From the NCBI GenBank assembly GCA_964016885.1, contig CAXHJY010001576.1:1-64000 (forward strand): DNA of 64,000 nt, given 5' to 3'. A program made the position numbers and the translations under genes. The stretch comes from Eledone cirrhosa (taxonomy: Eukaryota). Below, one piece after another: positions 25,632-40,547 of the stretch (positions within the stretch are counted from its first letter, which is position 1; the number at the start of each line of letters is the position of its first letter). The notes beneath the pieces are model-generated. The model did not search any database. It had not been told where the DNA came from and saw nothing but the letters and a program-made list of their open reading frames with translations.

Positions 25632-25636
<5 letters not shown>
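25556..25636 (-). mobile_element. Family C 3' fragment between (TA)n and (GA)n
   Basis: Near-identical to the reverse complement of 53956-54035. Confidence 0.8.
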
Positions 25637-25717
<81 letters not shown>

Positions 25718-25724
<7 letters not shown>

Positions 25725-25815
25725 GAGTCTTTTCCTAGTACCCACTCTACTACTCTAAGTTTTGAGTACTCTGGTGCGTTATGGTACCACCTGGTTTCTT
25801 ACCACACTTTCTTTG

Positions 25816-25817
<2 letters not shown>
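25718..25817 (+). mobile_element. Family A insert (diverged, mini hairpin aggaaaaga-g-tcttttcct)
   Basis: Homologous to 26825-26911. Confidence 0.75.
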
Positions 25818-25895
<78 letters not shown>

Positions 25896-25989
25896 CTGCC
25901 TTACGTCTTTGAAATACGTATAACAAAATAAATAGGGATGTACAAATGAAACCATCTTGTCTATTATACATGTATATTATAATATATTT

Positions 25990-26123
25990 GTTACGGCCCT
26001 TGCCATTCTGAGTTCAAATCCCGCCGACGTTAACTTTGCCTTTCATCCTTACGGAGTCGATAAAATAAAGTACCAGTAATGTACTGACAATTGCTGGCCT
26101 TGTGCCAATAGTAGAAACAATTA
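25990..26123 (+). mobile_element. tRNA-derived SINE, 5'-truncated
   Basis: B-box through tail match the family. Confidence 0.88.
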
Positions 26124-26166
26124 TATATATATATGCAAGTGCTGCACCCAAGATAGATCTCACATG

Positions 26167-26239
<73 letters not shown>

Positions 26240-26660
26240 CAGACAGAGAACGCCCGCGTCCTGCATGCATGATTGTGATTGTGATTATTGAGACAAAGAA
26301 ATGAAAGATAGGGGAGAAAACTAAATAAGAACATAGAAGAAGAAGTAACGAATGGAATCAACATGACAAAATATAACAAAATAATACTAAACATTTGACG
26401 TGATTAAGACGAGAAAAATGAAAAGAAAAACAGAAATAAATTTTTATTGGTGAATGAGTGAATGGGTGAACAAGAAGAGGTAGAGAGAGATAGAACGGGA
26501 GAGGGGGGGGGGAGAGAACATGTAATTGGAAGAAGAATAGAGAAATTCCATTACGTTTTATCTGTAACAGACCAGTGGACATAGACTGGCAATGTGGGCA
26601 CAAAGAACGCGTATATTTACGCTTACAGATATAAATACATAAATACATGCACACACACAA

Positions 26661-26699
<39 letters not shown>

Positions 26700-26728
26700 C
26701 GTATATATATACAAGAGTATATATATAT

Positions 26729-27013
<285 letters not shown>

Positions 27014-27019
27014 TGTATG

Positions 27020-27052
<33 letters not shown>

Positions 27053-27058
27053 TGTATG

Positions 27059-27112
<54 letters not shown>

Positions 27113-27527
27113 CATATATATATATATACAAATACACATATATATATATATATGTGTGTGTGGGGGTGTGTTTGTGTATGTGTATGTGTATAGACACACT
27201 GTTCGGCCGTGTTCCTTCTCTCTATCTCACCCTACTCCTTTCTTATCAGCACTCATCAGAAACACTGGAGAAGCGTGACAAACCATGTCAATGGGATGAG
27301 GAACCGGCAGCCAAAATTATCAGTGGCTCCTAATTTATCGCCAACTATTCACTACAAATTTTTTTCAATCTCACTTGCTCAGTCTAACTATCTGTAAGTA
27401 GGTACTACGGTTTAGTGCAGTTCGCCCCTAGAGGTAGACAATAAATTTGGCTGTGAGGAGTTATTCCAATAAGTGGCCTATCTAAAAGAAAAACACCTCT
27501 CACTCAGTGAACACTAACTAAACCTTA

Positions 27528-28222
27528 GTTGAAAACCTGCCTTACGAAGGATAACTTGATAGATCTCCGTCTGTGGCGACGATGAGTCTTCAGTTGTTCG
27601 ACCAACAAAACTTCTAGCTGATGAATTAATTTCTAAGTGGTTGTACCCAAGCCGATGCCACCGAACATAACACATGCCATGGTTATTCCTTTGATTTGTT
27701 ACACTCCATTCGATGAGATCTCTCCCACACAGTTTCCGTCTAGCCAATTTCACTACTGAGGTTTGGTTTGGACTGTGGTTATATTAAAGTTCAGTTGCAC
27801 AAGTTGCCACGCTGTGGGATCGGAACCGTGACCTCATGATTGCCAGGCAAACTTCTTAACCACCAAACATGCCTGTTAACCTGGCCTACTAGCTTAACCA
27901 CTGAGATTGAAGAGAAGTGTTAGTATCCACTCACAGTTCGGTGTGATTGGTAGATGCAAATAATTTTCAACTATAAATTCTGTTGGTCGACTTCTATTAA
28001 AAAACGGAAGCAAGGCAAATCGAACAAGAGAGCATCTATGTAGTCGTCTATCTCAGGCATGTAAAACTGAGGGTACCCTGAAGGCCACATGGGTCACATG
28101 TGTGTTGTCTGAGGGCCACACACGATTGTGCACATTACAACAGGTTGAAAACCTGCCTTACGAAGATCTCCGTCTGTGGCGACGATGAGTCTTCAGTTGT
28201 TCGACCAACAAAACTTCTAGCT
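27528..28222 (+). repeat. ~80-bp dispersed direct repeat (27528-27619 and 28144-28222)
   Basis: gttgaaaacctgccttacgaag...gatctccgtctgtggcgacgatgagtcttcagttgttcgaccaacaaaacttctagct is identical apart from a ~13-nt indel. Confidence 0.92.
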
Positions 28223-28652
28223 CGCGCCATAAAAACCTTTGTGTGGGCCGCAGGTGTGCTTATAAAGAGCCGCATGTTTGACATGCCTGGTCTATCTGAT
28301 AGAAGTAGCAGCCAAATCTTCATCAAATCGCACTGTATCATTTTACAAAAGAAAGAAAGGTCACATTGAATACTGTAAACCTAAATATACCCACTAATAT
28401 ATTGGATACGAGTCATTCTCTCTCCAAATTGATACTAAAGATGGAAAATTAAAAAGTCACACTGCGATGTGTGCGTGTGCATGTGTGTGGCCTCTGGTTT
28501 TAATGAACAGGAGAAACAGTACTCAATACCGTAATATAGTCTAATATGTTATATTATATAGCTTATTACTCTAGAGTCCCTCTGACGTTTGGCCGGTTCC
28601 TTAAATAGAAAAAAAAAAAAGATATCTAAGAGAGAGTAGGTGGGGGAAAAAG

Positions 28653-28688
<36 letters not shown>

Positions 28689-28873
28689 GAGTGTATCGGG
28701 AGAGGTTAAAGTATTATCATGTGTGATATATGATTGCCAGACAGAGACATACAAAGACAGACAGAACTGGGGTAGGTGTGGGTATATGGGGAAAATGTCA
28801 AGATTAAGAAACAGTTACTTGGTGGCGTTAGTTAAGCACGGCGCTACTGTTTGTTATCATGCTGAAAAAAAAA

Positions 28874-29475
<602 letters not shown>

Positions 29476-30029
29476 AACATTAAAAAAACATCAAAAGTAT
29501 TTCATTGACAACTTTGCAACCGTATTTTTCTGATTAAACAGTTTTCAGAAAGTCAACAAACCGTATTAGCTTGGCGGACCTTTAATAAGAAAACGTTCCA
29601 TGCAAGTTGTGTCCTGACCTTAATTGTTACACGGAGTTGACCTAAATGTTTACCAAAATAAATACATAAAGTATAAAGATAAATGCCACGTTTATCTCGG
29701 TTTCAACAGAAGTTTGTAAAGAGGAGGTAAATTGAGACATGAAAGAAGTGAATTAGAAAGGTAAGATAAAATGACAAGCTAATAAATAAATAAGTACACG
29801 ATCTTTAAGACAAAGAAAATAATTAAGCACGTTAATAGACTTCAATTATACCAGTAGCTGTATTCAATTAGTTTACCTGTTCCAAAGTTAAGTAATTGAC
29901 AAGCTTAGTATACAGCAGATAAATAACCAGAGTCCATGGAAACTAGTAGTGATGGTCTGTGTCGGTATAATTATTCTTTTTAAATATATAAAATGAAGAT
30001 GCGTGGAGTAGTAAACGTACCAGTAATTA

Positions 30030-30197
30030 AAAGGACCAGTCTTGACGTAACAGTGCGTCGTGTTGAATTTCATTGAAATTGACGTTAACGGGTTACATGC
30101 TTGAGGAATGCTCATCCACTTACATGTTAATCTCACGAGCAGGCTGTTCTCTTGATTGAACAACTTGAACACTCGTCTTCGCAACTGACGGAGGTCC
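30030..30197. mobile_element. Old SINE fragment (Deu/Nin-domain-like); opposite-strand relative at ~43113-43250
   Basis: atgctcatccacttacatgttaatctcacgagcaggctgttc..ttgattgaac matches the reverse complement of 43140-43195. Family assignment is from recall. Confidence 0.5.
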
Positions 30198-30286
30198 AAC
30201 GCATATATCTGGATTAGTTCTTCTACTGTGCTGATTCCTTTGCTGGAAACTTCAGGATTCTCGATTAGTGTCTATGGACACATCTA

Positions 30287-31478
30287 CCGTATATACTCGC
30301 ATATAGGTCGCCCCGGCAGATAGGTCGCATACCCACTTTTCATTTAACAAATAGACTATTTGTCATTGACTCGCAGATAGGTCGCACTGAAATTTGAGCC
30401 GTCAAACTACTATTTTTTATGATAATTGAAACTAATAATCTGTTAGCTTTCCATTACTTCGCCGTTGCGATATATACTCCAAACCATGTTTTATTTATAA
30501 AATAAAAATTAACGTCATCGAAATCTCGTCAATTCGAGATTACTGCGAGATAAAGCCTTTAAGCGCGAAAATTAACTCTTAATATAGTGAAACAACTTGA
30601 AATAACACGTGTTTTTTAACGTTGAAAGTATAACAGATTTTTAGCGTATCAATATGGCTTCCCAAAGTAGCGAATACTGACTTTGAAGGTTTTACATGCG
30701 ACGACATTCAAAATGAATAGTGATTTATCTTCAAATGAATCAGACGTATTTATTTCTGGCGATGATAGTTACTTTGAAAGTGAAAGCGAAGATCTGACGA
30801 ACACCATTGAAAATATTACAGCAACGTGGTTGAAAGATACAACACCAATACATGTTCACACCTGTTAATGAACTTATATATTGGGAACACTCTGTTACGT
30901 AAATTTACACCGTACATTGTGTAAGAGTACATTGCAAATATTATTTTGACTGGTGAAAAGGTTTTATACATTTTTTTCAATGAAAATATTTGCCTGGAAT
31001 GTAGAGAAAGACTACAACCTTGTACTGATTATATCTGCATTTTTAATTAATTCACCTGTTCGGAAAACTGCTAATTTTGAAAAGAAACGCCATGTGCAAT
31101 AATCTGTTTCCTGTTAAAGTAAATACGTCACAATACGTGTTCATAGCAACGCTAAGACAATGAAATCACATTTTAAATACCGGGTATGCATTTCTATGGA
31201 TTTTAATGACGGATGGTTCGGTCAGATAGAAAAAAACGTAAACACTACGAAGTTTTAGTAAAAAATTTTTAAAATCAAGAAATATATGTATAAGAATATA
31301 TGAAATTATTATGTTAAATAATAAAAAATATTAACAAAGTTATTTTTATAAATACCCATCGTTGATTAAGTCTATGAAAAATAATTGGTCAGTCTGATGT
31401 CGATCGGATAGGTCGCACCCCAAAGATTTATACTTATTTATCGTTAAAAAAGTGCGACCTATACGCGAGTATATACGG
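30287..31478. mobile_element. Non-autonomous Tc1/mariner-superfamily (Tc2-like) DNA transposon, 1192 bp
   Basis: TIRs ccgtatatactcgcatataggtcgc / gcgacctatacgcgagtatatacgg, TA on both sides, subterminal ataggtcgc repeats, no transposase ORF. Confidence 0.9.
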
Positions 31479-33141
31479 TAGATTAATTAACTAAATTGCT
31501 CGTTTAGTTAAAAATAAAATAGTTAGGTTTCAAACTTTTAATGTCCATTATGCAGTTAATTTACGGAACAATAGCATAGTCAATATAAGCGTTGGTTAAA
31601 AACTAGATATGTCAATGTACCTGGTTGATGTGAGTTCAGTCCCTGGGTTAGTGCAATTATATGTCTTAGTTAAGGAAAGCTAATACGTAGATACCATGGA
31701 CACGGACAATGGAACAGTAACAATCTATACATGTTGTTTAAATAAAAAGTGAAGTTTGAAATTCTGACGACGAATACAACAGGCAACTAAAGGCCAGGTG
31801 GTAAATTTCCTCAAGCTTTGTGACTACATTAGTTTTAAAATTCAGAAATTCCGTACGAGAAAATGTTATCAAGGGAGAATTGCACTTACTAGCTACTGTA
31901 TTTTTCTATACGTATACATATATATCTCAGAATATATTTTAAAGTTCAGGAATTCTTTATAACGACACAATTTAGATAATGTTTCTGTATACAGAATTCT
32001 GAGATATATATGTGCAGATATAAAAGAATATATATAAGCATCTACACGTTGGATTCCACTAAAACACCCAAGCGTAGTACTAAACTGAATGGCGGATTAA
32101 ATCTGCTCCTACGAAGTCTACAAGGGAACTTGAATACAGACACAACGATCTGGATCAAAAGCTGTAAGGCAGCTCATCAGACGATTTAACAATTCCGACA
32201 GTCAACCGCTCTGGACTGATACTTTATTTTATCTACTCAGGAAGTATGAGAAGCAAAAGTGACCTCGGCGGAATTTGAACTTAGAGAACAGAAAACCGAA
32301 ACAAATCCCACAAGGTATTTTTGTTTGACGCTCTTTCGACTGCCAATTTAACGTTCTTACAAGGTTGTGATTTCATATAGTCGCTTTTATGTAATTTCTG
32401 ATTAAGAGCCTATGTATTAATTAGCCGACATGAACTGTTCCAATCTAGTTGCATTTCTAACAAAATTTTAAAATTAATACATTATATATTATTCCGATGA
32501 GTGGTTGGAATATTTGTTTATTTAACTTTTCTCTGTCAATTTTAGATGTTTTTTTTTTCTGTATAACAACATTCCTGACAAACGATACAACATCAATTAT
32601 AGCCAATTTTTTTTTTTATCAAAGATTACCCAGTAATTTCAGTAATGTTTCAGTCATGAATCATTACATCGGTAATTTATAACCCAAATCTCATATATAT
32701 CTATGTGAAACATTTGTAGCTTTATCTACATAATGTTGTGTATTTATTTTGGCAAACGTTCAAATATTGCAAAAATTCAAATTTGTAATCCAATGGATCT
32801 AACTTTAGTATATATAAGGCATTGATTTAATCGATTTCCCGAGAGGGTGAATAGCTAATACGACACCGGCTGTAGACGTAGAATTTGAACTTAAAAGGTG
32901 AAGCAGAAACCGGGAACCAACATCTCTTTAACCTATTTCGAGTGGCTTTGAATTTTACTTTATTAAATCAGCAATCTTGCGACTTATGACTCGGACATTG
33001 AAATAATTTCAGACAAGATTCAAAGACAAAACTCGCATTGAATCATAAAATGTTAGCAAAATTCCTGTTTTTTAGTAAATAGTTTTGTTTATAATAAATT
33101 ATGCGGTTCCAATAATTTCAATCATTATTTCTTTGCATTAT

Positions 33142-33495
33142 TTGGTAGAGCGTCAAACACTTTGCTTTGCAGCATGGAGTTATGGCCCTTTGCGTTCTGA
33201 GTTCAAATCCCACCGAGGTTAACTTTACCTTTCATCCTTACGGGGTCGATAAAATAAAGTACCAGTAATGCTGCCCTTCTGCCAAAAGTAGAAACAATTA
33301 TTATTTAGAGTGGTATATTGGCAGTATCGGTAGAGGGTCAGACGCTATGCTTTACAGCGTAGAGTTATGGCCCTTTATGTTCAGAGTTCAAGTCTGGTAT
33401 CACTATATATCACTATATTTATCGAACTCGGTGGGATTTGAACTTAGAACGTGACAAACTATAAAAAATGCTGCAAGGCATTTTGTCCGATAAAG
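33142..33495 (+). mobile_element. SINE cluster: near-full copy 33142-33303, 5' half 33310-33395, inverted fragment ~33425-33492
   Basis: Family consensus matches. Confidence 0.82.
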
Positions 33496-34181
33496 AGGAG
33501 GAGGGGGGGAGCAAGACATAGAGAGGGGGAGGGGAAGGGGGAGGGGAGGAGGCAGAAATAGAAGAAGAAGAAGAAGAAGAAGAAGAAGAAGAAGAAGAAG
33601 AAGAAGAAGAAGAAGAAGAAATAAATGCATAAAAAAGGAAAGAAATACAGAAATACTGCAACGCATGTCACCCACGGCGTTAACACTAGCATTTCGTCTG
33701 ACAATCTAACGCTACGGGATATTTCAGTAAATGACTTCACGAAATGCTATTTAAACATTTATCATAAGGGATTATGTAAAAAATATATCCCATTTCTAGC
33801 ATGTATGAGAATAAACAATAACCTAATATGTTCCATTAGCTAGTTATATTATATAAAGAATGAAACCATAGAAGAGTCGGTTTTAAAATTCAAGCCGTAA
33901 AAATATGGAAACTTCAGCTAAAATCATACAGCTTGGGTTTCTCTGTGTACTTTAATATACATATTACAATGTATGTATGTATGTATGTATGTATGTATGT
34001 ATGTATGTATGTATGTATGTATGTATGTGTGTGTATCTATGTATGTGTGTGTGTATGTGTGTATGTATGTGTGTATGTATGTATGTATGTATGCATGCAT
34101 GTATGTGTGTATGCGTGCATGTATGTATATATGTGTGTGTGTGTGTATAACTTTCTCTCCCTCTCTTTATATATATATATG

Positions 34182-34242
<61 letters not shown>

Positions 34243-34251
34243 ATATATATG

Positions 34252-34345
<94 letters not shown>

Positions 34346-34478
34346 AATAGAGGGAGATGAGAGGGATCTATTTAAAATATCCAGACGCGCGCAATTCATA
34401 AAATATTTCAAAATCAATTACTGTATACTGTATCAATCGGGCAAGCAACTGAATAAATCTCAAGATATTTACACATTT

Positions 34479-34538
<60 letters not shown>

Positions 34539-35678
34539 TAGTCTCCTTATAAATTGTTTAAATCCAGGAAGCAATATTTATATTCGAAAAAATGTTTTAT
34601 TTCCCTTGAGTTAAACTTTGGTTTTAAATTTTACGAATGTTAATATATATTTATACGCATGAACTTCATTTAATATACACTCCATCCTTGATCTATATTC
34701 CATTTATCCTATAAATATTTTCATTTGATATGTGAAAACCTGTTGGGAAATAGTTGTTGATCAAAAGTTGATTGAAATCTTTAAAATACTTAAAAATGGT
34801 CTTACTCGATGAGATACGAGGGTGAACTGAAAAGATCATAGGCTGACTACGAAAGATTGATGTTAGAGCTGTGAAATCTTACTCGATCCTGTTAAATCTC
34901 ATTGACACTTTTGTTATATTTCTAATGTCCATTTCTAGAAAATTCTTTTCAAGAGAATATTACCCCTATTAAATTGTAGGTTATTTCCCTTGGTTGATTC
35001 CCCCGCACACCCTTCCATACACCTTTAATTCCTTTTTCGATATCTCGTCCTTACAAATTTTATTTAGTGATTATATATATATTAATAAATAAAATCCAGT
35101 CGTATTTTCAAAACATCCAGTTGAAACTTTTTATGAGAACGTTCTCATTGTTCCATCGATTACAGTCGTCCTAATGTCATAAATGAGAAACTGGGAGTAT
35201 CTATTTGTGAAGTTCTAGCTTTCAGTTAATATCATAAATGACTCAACTCTCAGTATTGGGAGGACATACCAATTTGCACAGTTAATATGCTTTGTTGAGG
35301 AGATTTAATAAGATCAAAACATGCTCGGTCCTTTCAGCAAGTTGAATTATTGACAACGTTCACGCCAACTCAGAATATGATTGCTTCTTTACAACCATTG
35401 GATGGTAGATAAGGCTTAAAACGACTGAAAAATGTTTTGTCTTCCCGCTGTGGGGGAAATAGTAGCGCATCCGTCCGGCATATGGCATGTGTGAGTTCGA
35501 ATCCAATAGTAAAGTATCTATCTAGAAGCAGTTAACTTTAAGCTTCTTAAAAATACAATTGTATATATATATATATATATATATATGTGTGAAAAAATGG
35601 GGAGAAGAATACTGCAGGTTGCACATGGATAACATGTAATAAAATGAGTCCCTCATCAGTGGTTTGCCGACGATCATA

Positions 35679-35732
<54 letters not shown>

Positions 35733-35734
<2 letters not shown>

Positions 35735-35876
35735 CGAAGGAAATGTGGTAAGGAACCAGGTGGACCATAACGCACCAAAGTACTCAATACTTAGGGTAGT
35801 AGAGTGGGTAATAGGAACAAGTAAGACCCCGACGGCTGAGCTCAAGCCGTTTCGACGGGGTCTTACTTGTTCCTAT
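35733..35876 (-). mobile_element. Family A insert in (TA)n with 22-bp fold-back arm
   Basis: ataggaacaagtaagaccccg ... cggggtcttacttgttcctat. Confidence 0.87.
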
Positions 35877-36203
35877 ATATATATATATATATATATAAAT
35901 ACAATATCGGAGAAAGCTTTTTAGCGATACTCCGGCCAAATTACATCTCACTCAACAAACATTAGGAAATAAGTGATTATATTCCTAATTATGCATTCGG
36001 GGTGCTAACTAAAAGTATTGCGTGGAAAATTGGCTGTATTATTTCATATGAGACATATCGAATATATCTCTTCCCAGACGGACGTCTCGTTTCATTACAG
36101 GATTCCTACAATTTGGGTTAAATTATACCAATTCATGTAGGAGCTTGTATACCATCAATACATATATATTCAAGTGGGTTCCTATAATTCATCAGTGGTT
36201 GCC

Positions 36204-36302
<99 letters not shown>

Positions 36303-36342
36303 AAGTACAGAACAATCAAAACTATGTTTAATACATTTTATT

Positions 36343-36380
36343 GCTGACAATCGTTTCTTCCAAACAGCCGTTTGGAATCA
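36343..36380 (-). ncRNA. 5'-truncated hammerhead motif in a short (TA)n insert (36301-36380)
   Basis: Minus strand: TGA-ttccaaac-ggct-gtttggaa-GAAA-cg-at-tg-TC-agc. Perfect 8-bp stem II and GUC triplet; CTGA is lost at the TA junction. Confidence 0.6.
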
Positions 36381-36483
36381 TATATATATGTATGAATTAG
36401 TAGAGTGTGAGAGCTATACATATATATAGGCAACGTCTTAAGTTTGTAAACTGAATTTGTGTATGCAGGTATGATATTTCGGA

Positions 36484-36526
<43 letters not shown>

Positions 36527-37058
36527 TGTGTGTGTGTGTGTGTATGTGTGTATGTGTGTGCGTGTGTGTATGTATGTATATATATATATATATATAGGTT
36601 TATGCTTGGGAGGTGGGAGTAGTGCGAGAGTGTGTCAATAATTATATATACGTTCGTACGTAGACATGTACGTCTATTTGCAATGTGGTATAGGATGTGC
36701 GGTGGGCTCGGTAACGAAATAATCTGATTGTTAATCTGTCATGTCTTCCTCGTTATAGTCTATAACGTTAATACAACCTTTTTGAGACATTGTAAGTTTG
36801 TGTGAAGTGAGTGACAATTGTGTTAATACAGTTCGTGTATGATATTGTAGGCTGATGTGAAGTGAATGTTGTCAAACAGAACTGCTGTCTAGCAAACAAC
36901 CTCTTCACATAAACATCATCTATAATAACAATCATTCAATAGATACATTATCGTTCTGCATTTCTCCTTCAGTTCTATTTTGTTTCTTCCAACTCTTACA
37001 TACTTACTTAGCAAGATATTTATCTTACGTTGAGAGGCTATCAACCTCCCAAGCAATT

Positions 37059-37584
37059 TACCTACCAACCTACCAACCTACCTACCTAGCAATCTTCCTA
37101 CCTACCTACCTACCTACCTACCTACCTACCTACCTACCTACCTACCTACCTCCCAACCTACCTACCTACCTACTTCCCTCCCTACCTACCTACCTACCTA
37201 CCTACCTACCTACCTACCTACCTACCTACCTACCTCCCTCCCTCGCCTACCTACCTACCTACCTACCTACCTACCTACCTACCTACCTACCTACCTACCT
37301 ACCTACCTACCTACCTACCTACCTACCTACCTACCTCCCAACCTACCTACCTACCTACTTCCCTCCCTACCTACCTACCTACCTACCTACCTACCTACCT
37401 ACCTACCTACCTACCTACCTACCTCCCTCCCTCGTCTACCTACCTACCTACCTACCTACCTACCTACCTACCTACCTACCTACCTACCTACCTACCTACC
37501 TACCTACCTACCTACCTACCTCCCTCCCTCCCCTACCTACCTACCTACCTACCTACCTACCTACGTACCTACCTACCTACCTAC
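37059..37584. repeat. (CCTA)n microsatellite with ~185-bp internal duplication
   Basis: The interruption pattern tcccaa..ttccctccc..ctcg occurs at 37151 and again at 37336. Confidence 0.93.
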
Positions 37585-37901
37585 AAAAGGAACAAATTCG
37601 TTAGACCAATAATGTCAAGCGCATGAACAATATGCACACCAAAGAAACTCCTCTATTGTGAGATTCCTAAATGAAAAGAACATTTCGTGGCCAGAAAAAT
37701 AAATAAGGCTACAAGGCTACCTTGATAATAACCTTGAAACGCCATGAATATTAACATAGAATATTGTGAACACCTTGTCACACCCAGTTCAGCAAAGGCA
37801 CAAACTTTTCTAAAAAGATTCAGTTAACGGAAACCAAAGAATGACCTCCAGAAAGCTTGGTCAGCCAGCACGTCAAATGAAACCATCTACTATTATGTAG
37901 G

Positions 37902-38089
37902 GCGGTGGATTGGCAGTATCGGTAGAGGGTCGGACGCCATGCTTTCCAGCATAGTTACGTCCCTTTACGATCTGAGTTCAAATCCCGCCGAGGTTGACTT
38001 TGCCTTTCATCCTTACGGGGTCGATAAAATAAAGTACCAGTAATGCACTGGGTAATTGCTGGCCTTGTGCCTAACGTAGAAACAATTAT
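37902..38089 (+). mobile_element. tRNA-derived SINE, full length, young subfamily
   Basis: TSD attatgtagg (37892-37901 and 38085-38094). Shares the diagnostic ctttccagcata.ttacgtccc with the 55212 and 58254 copies. Confidence 0.93.
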
Positions 38090-38500
38090 GTAGGTATGGA
38101 TAGATCCAACCCAACCGAAAACCTTCTTACTCCTGTTGGAAGAACACTTTCCGTTTGTCTTAGTTATATCAGGGGTTTTGGGTTACTCACCACGCTTGGT
38201 GAAGTGCTAGTTGGTGAGGCTATTTAACCCACAGTTGGGGTGGATTGCAGTTGACTCTGAGGAGTTCATCCGACCTTTTAACAGCTCTTTTGTTGTCTCA
38301 CATCTAATATATACAAACATATATGATTGATTTATGAGGCATTGGGAAATCAAACATTTGAAAATATAGTCATCACAATGCTCATAACAATAGTTGACAT
38401 CTATAAATAAGTTGAATAAATCAGAAAAAAGTACATCTGGAAACGGAAAATATATGAACAGAGATGCTTGCGGGACATGATATATATAGAGAGAGAAGCA

Positions 38501-39332
38501 TCCACGATTTCATACCACTCGCACGATATTCATACCACTCGCACGATATTCATACCACTCCCACGATATTCATACCACTCGCACGATATTCATACCACTC
38601 CCACGATATTCATACCACTCCCACGATATTCATACCACTCCCACGATATTCATACCACTCCCACGATATTCATACCACTCGCACGATATTCATACCACTC
38701 GCACAATACTCATACCACTCCCACGATATTCATACCACTCGCACGATATTCATACCACTCCCACGATATTCATACCATTCACACGATATTCATACCACTC
38801 CCACGATATTCATACCACTCGCACGATATTCATACCACTCCCACGATATTCATACCACTCGCACGATATTCATACCACTCCCACGATATTCATACCATTC
38901 ACACGATATTCATACCACTCGCACGATATTCATACCACTCCCACGATATTCATACCACTCGCACGATATTCATACCACTCCCACGATATTCATACCACTC
39001 GCACGATATTCATACCACTCGCACGATATTCATACCACTCGCACGATATTCATACCACTCGCACGATATTCATACCACTCGCACGATATTCATACCACTC
39101 GCACGATATTCATACCACTCGCACGATATTCATACCACTCGCACGATATTCATACCACTCGCACGATATTCATACCACTCGCACGATATTCATACCACTC
39201 GCACGATATTCATACCACTCGCACGATATTCATACCACTCCCACGATATTCATACCACTCCCACGATATTCATACCACTCCCACGATATTCATACCACTC
39301 CCACAATATTCATACCACTCGCACGATATTCA
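38501..39332. repeat. 20-bp minisatellite (S-cacgatattcataccactc), ~41 copies
   Basis: Exact 20-bp phase; the first base alternates between G and C. Confidence 0.98.
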
Positions 39333-39439
39333 ATGCTAAGCAGGTAACCAATACTTAACTACTATGACTATGGAAGATACAGCCGCAAAGGCTTTGAAAG
39401 GTTAATACATACATGGATTTAGGAAATTAATAAAACCCA

Positions 39440-39778
39440 TTAATAATTGTTTCTACTTTAGGCACAAGGCCAGCAATTACCCAGTGCATTACTGGTACTT
39501 TATTTTATCGACCCCGTAAGGATGAAAGACATAGTCAACCTGATTTCTAGTATAGGCACAAGGCCAGTAATTTGGGGAGAGTCGATTAAATCGACCCTAG
39601 TACGTTACTGGTGCTTTATTTTATCGACCCCTTAAGGATGAAAGGCAAAATTAACCTCGGCAGGTTTTGAACTCAGGCCGTAAAGGACCGTAACTCTATA
39701 CTGCAAAGCATGGTGTCCGATTCTCCACCGATACTGCTAATCCCAAACCCATTAATAATTGTTTCTACTTTAGGCACA
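39440..39778 (-). mobile_element. Composite SINE locus (3' half, longer-subfamily copy, duplicated 34-bp tail)
   Basis: aaacccattaataattgtttctactttaggcaca at ~39434 and ~39745. Confidence 0.8.
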
Positions 39779-39839
39779 TTAATGATAAAATGACTAATCA
39801 AATGGAGCACAGTCACGTTTTCAATATACCATGTTGGAA

Positions 39840-39948
<109 letters not shown>

Positions 39949-39958
39949 TGTGAGTGTG

Positions 39959-40004
<46 letters not shown>

Positions 40005-40015
40005 TCCTGTGTTCA

Positions 40016-40185
40016 ATCGGGGGTACCCACAGTAAGTAAGATACTCAATACATTAGTAGTTTGTAAACATCGAATTTAATATAGAAATGACTCCTACAAG
40101 ACTAGAACTATTTCATTCGAAGGAAATCATGATGATTTCTTTCGAATGAAACAGTTTTAGTCCTGTAAAAGCCATTTCTATATTA

Positions 40186-40191
<6 letters not shown>
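40016..40191 (-). mobile_element. Family B insert with ~55-bp fold-back arm and partial hammerhead core
   Basis: aatttaatatagaaatg...gaaatcat | gatgatttc...catttctatattaaatt. Core reads (ct)GATGA-t-ttc-tttc-gaa-t-GAAA-c...g-TC. Confidence 0.8.
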
Positions 40192-40227
<36 letters not shown>

Positions 40228-40547
40228 TTTCCTGGGTCCTGTATTTTCGTTGCTCTGGACTGCCGACCGCTATATCTGATTTGCTAAGCTGTCTCAACGT
40301 AATGTTATTACTGTGGGGTCTTTCCTCATCCGAGTGCTCAAGCTACAGACCGATTATGCATATACGCTAGCTTGGCCGTATTCTAAAGCTTCGTCAATGC
40401 TGTACTAAAATTTATATATATATATATATATATTAATAAAAGGAATTCCAACTTTGTCTGGTTTACTCGTTTTATTTACAATCCTTTAAAATTATAATGG
40501 TATTAGAATGAAATAGTATGGTAGAATATTAAATGTTAAGTGTTAAT

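Noticed and set aside
37059-37584. Telomeric repeat
   Set aside because: The unit is CCTA, not CCCTAA or CCTAA.
37902-37990. tRNA genes at SINE heads
   Set aside because: A and B boxes are present, but no cloverleaf was seen and they continue into SINE body and tail.
38464-39358. Two ~290-aa ORFs
   Set aside because: Stop-free 20-bp minisatellite.
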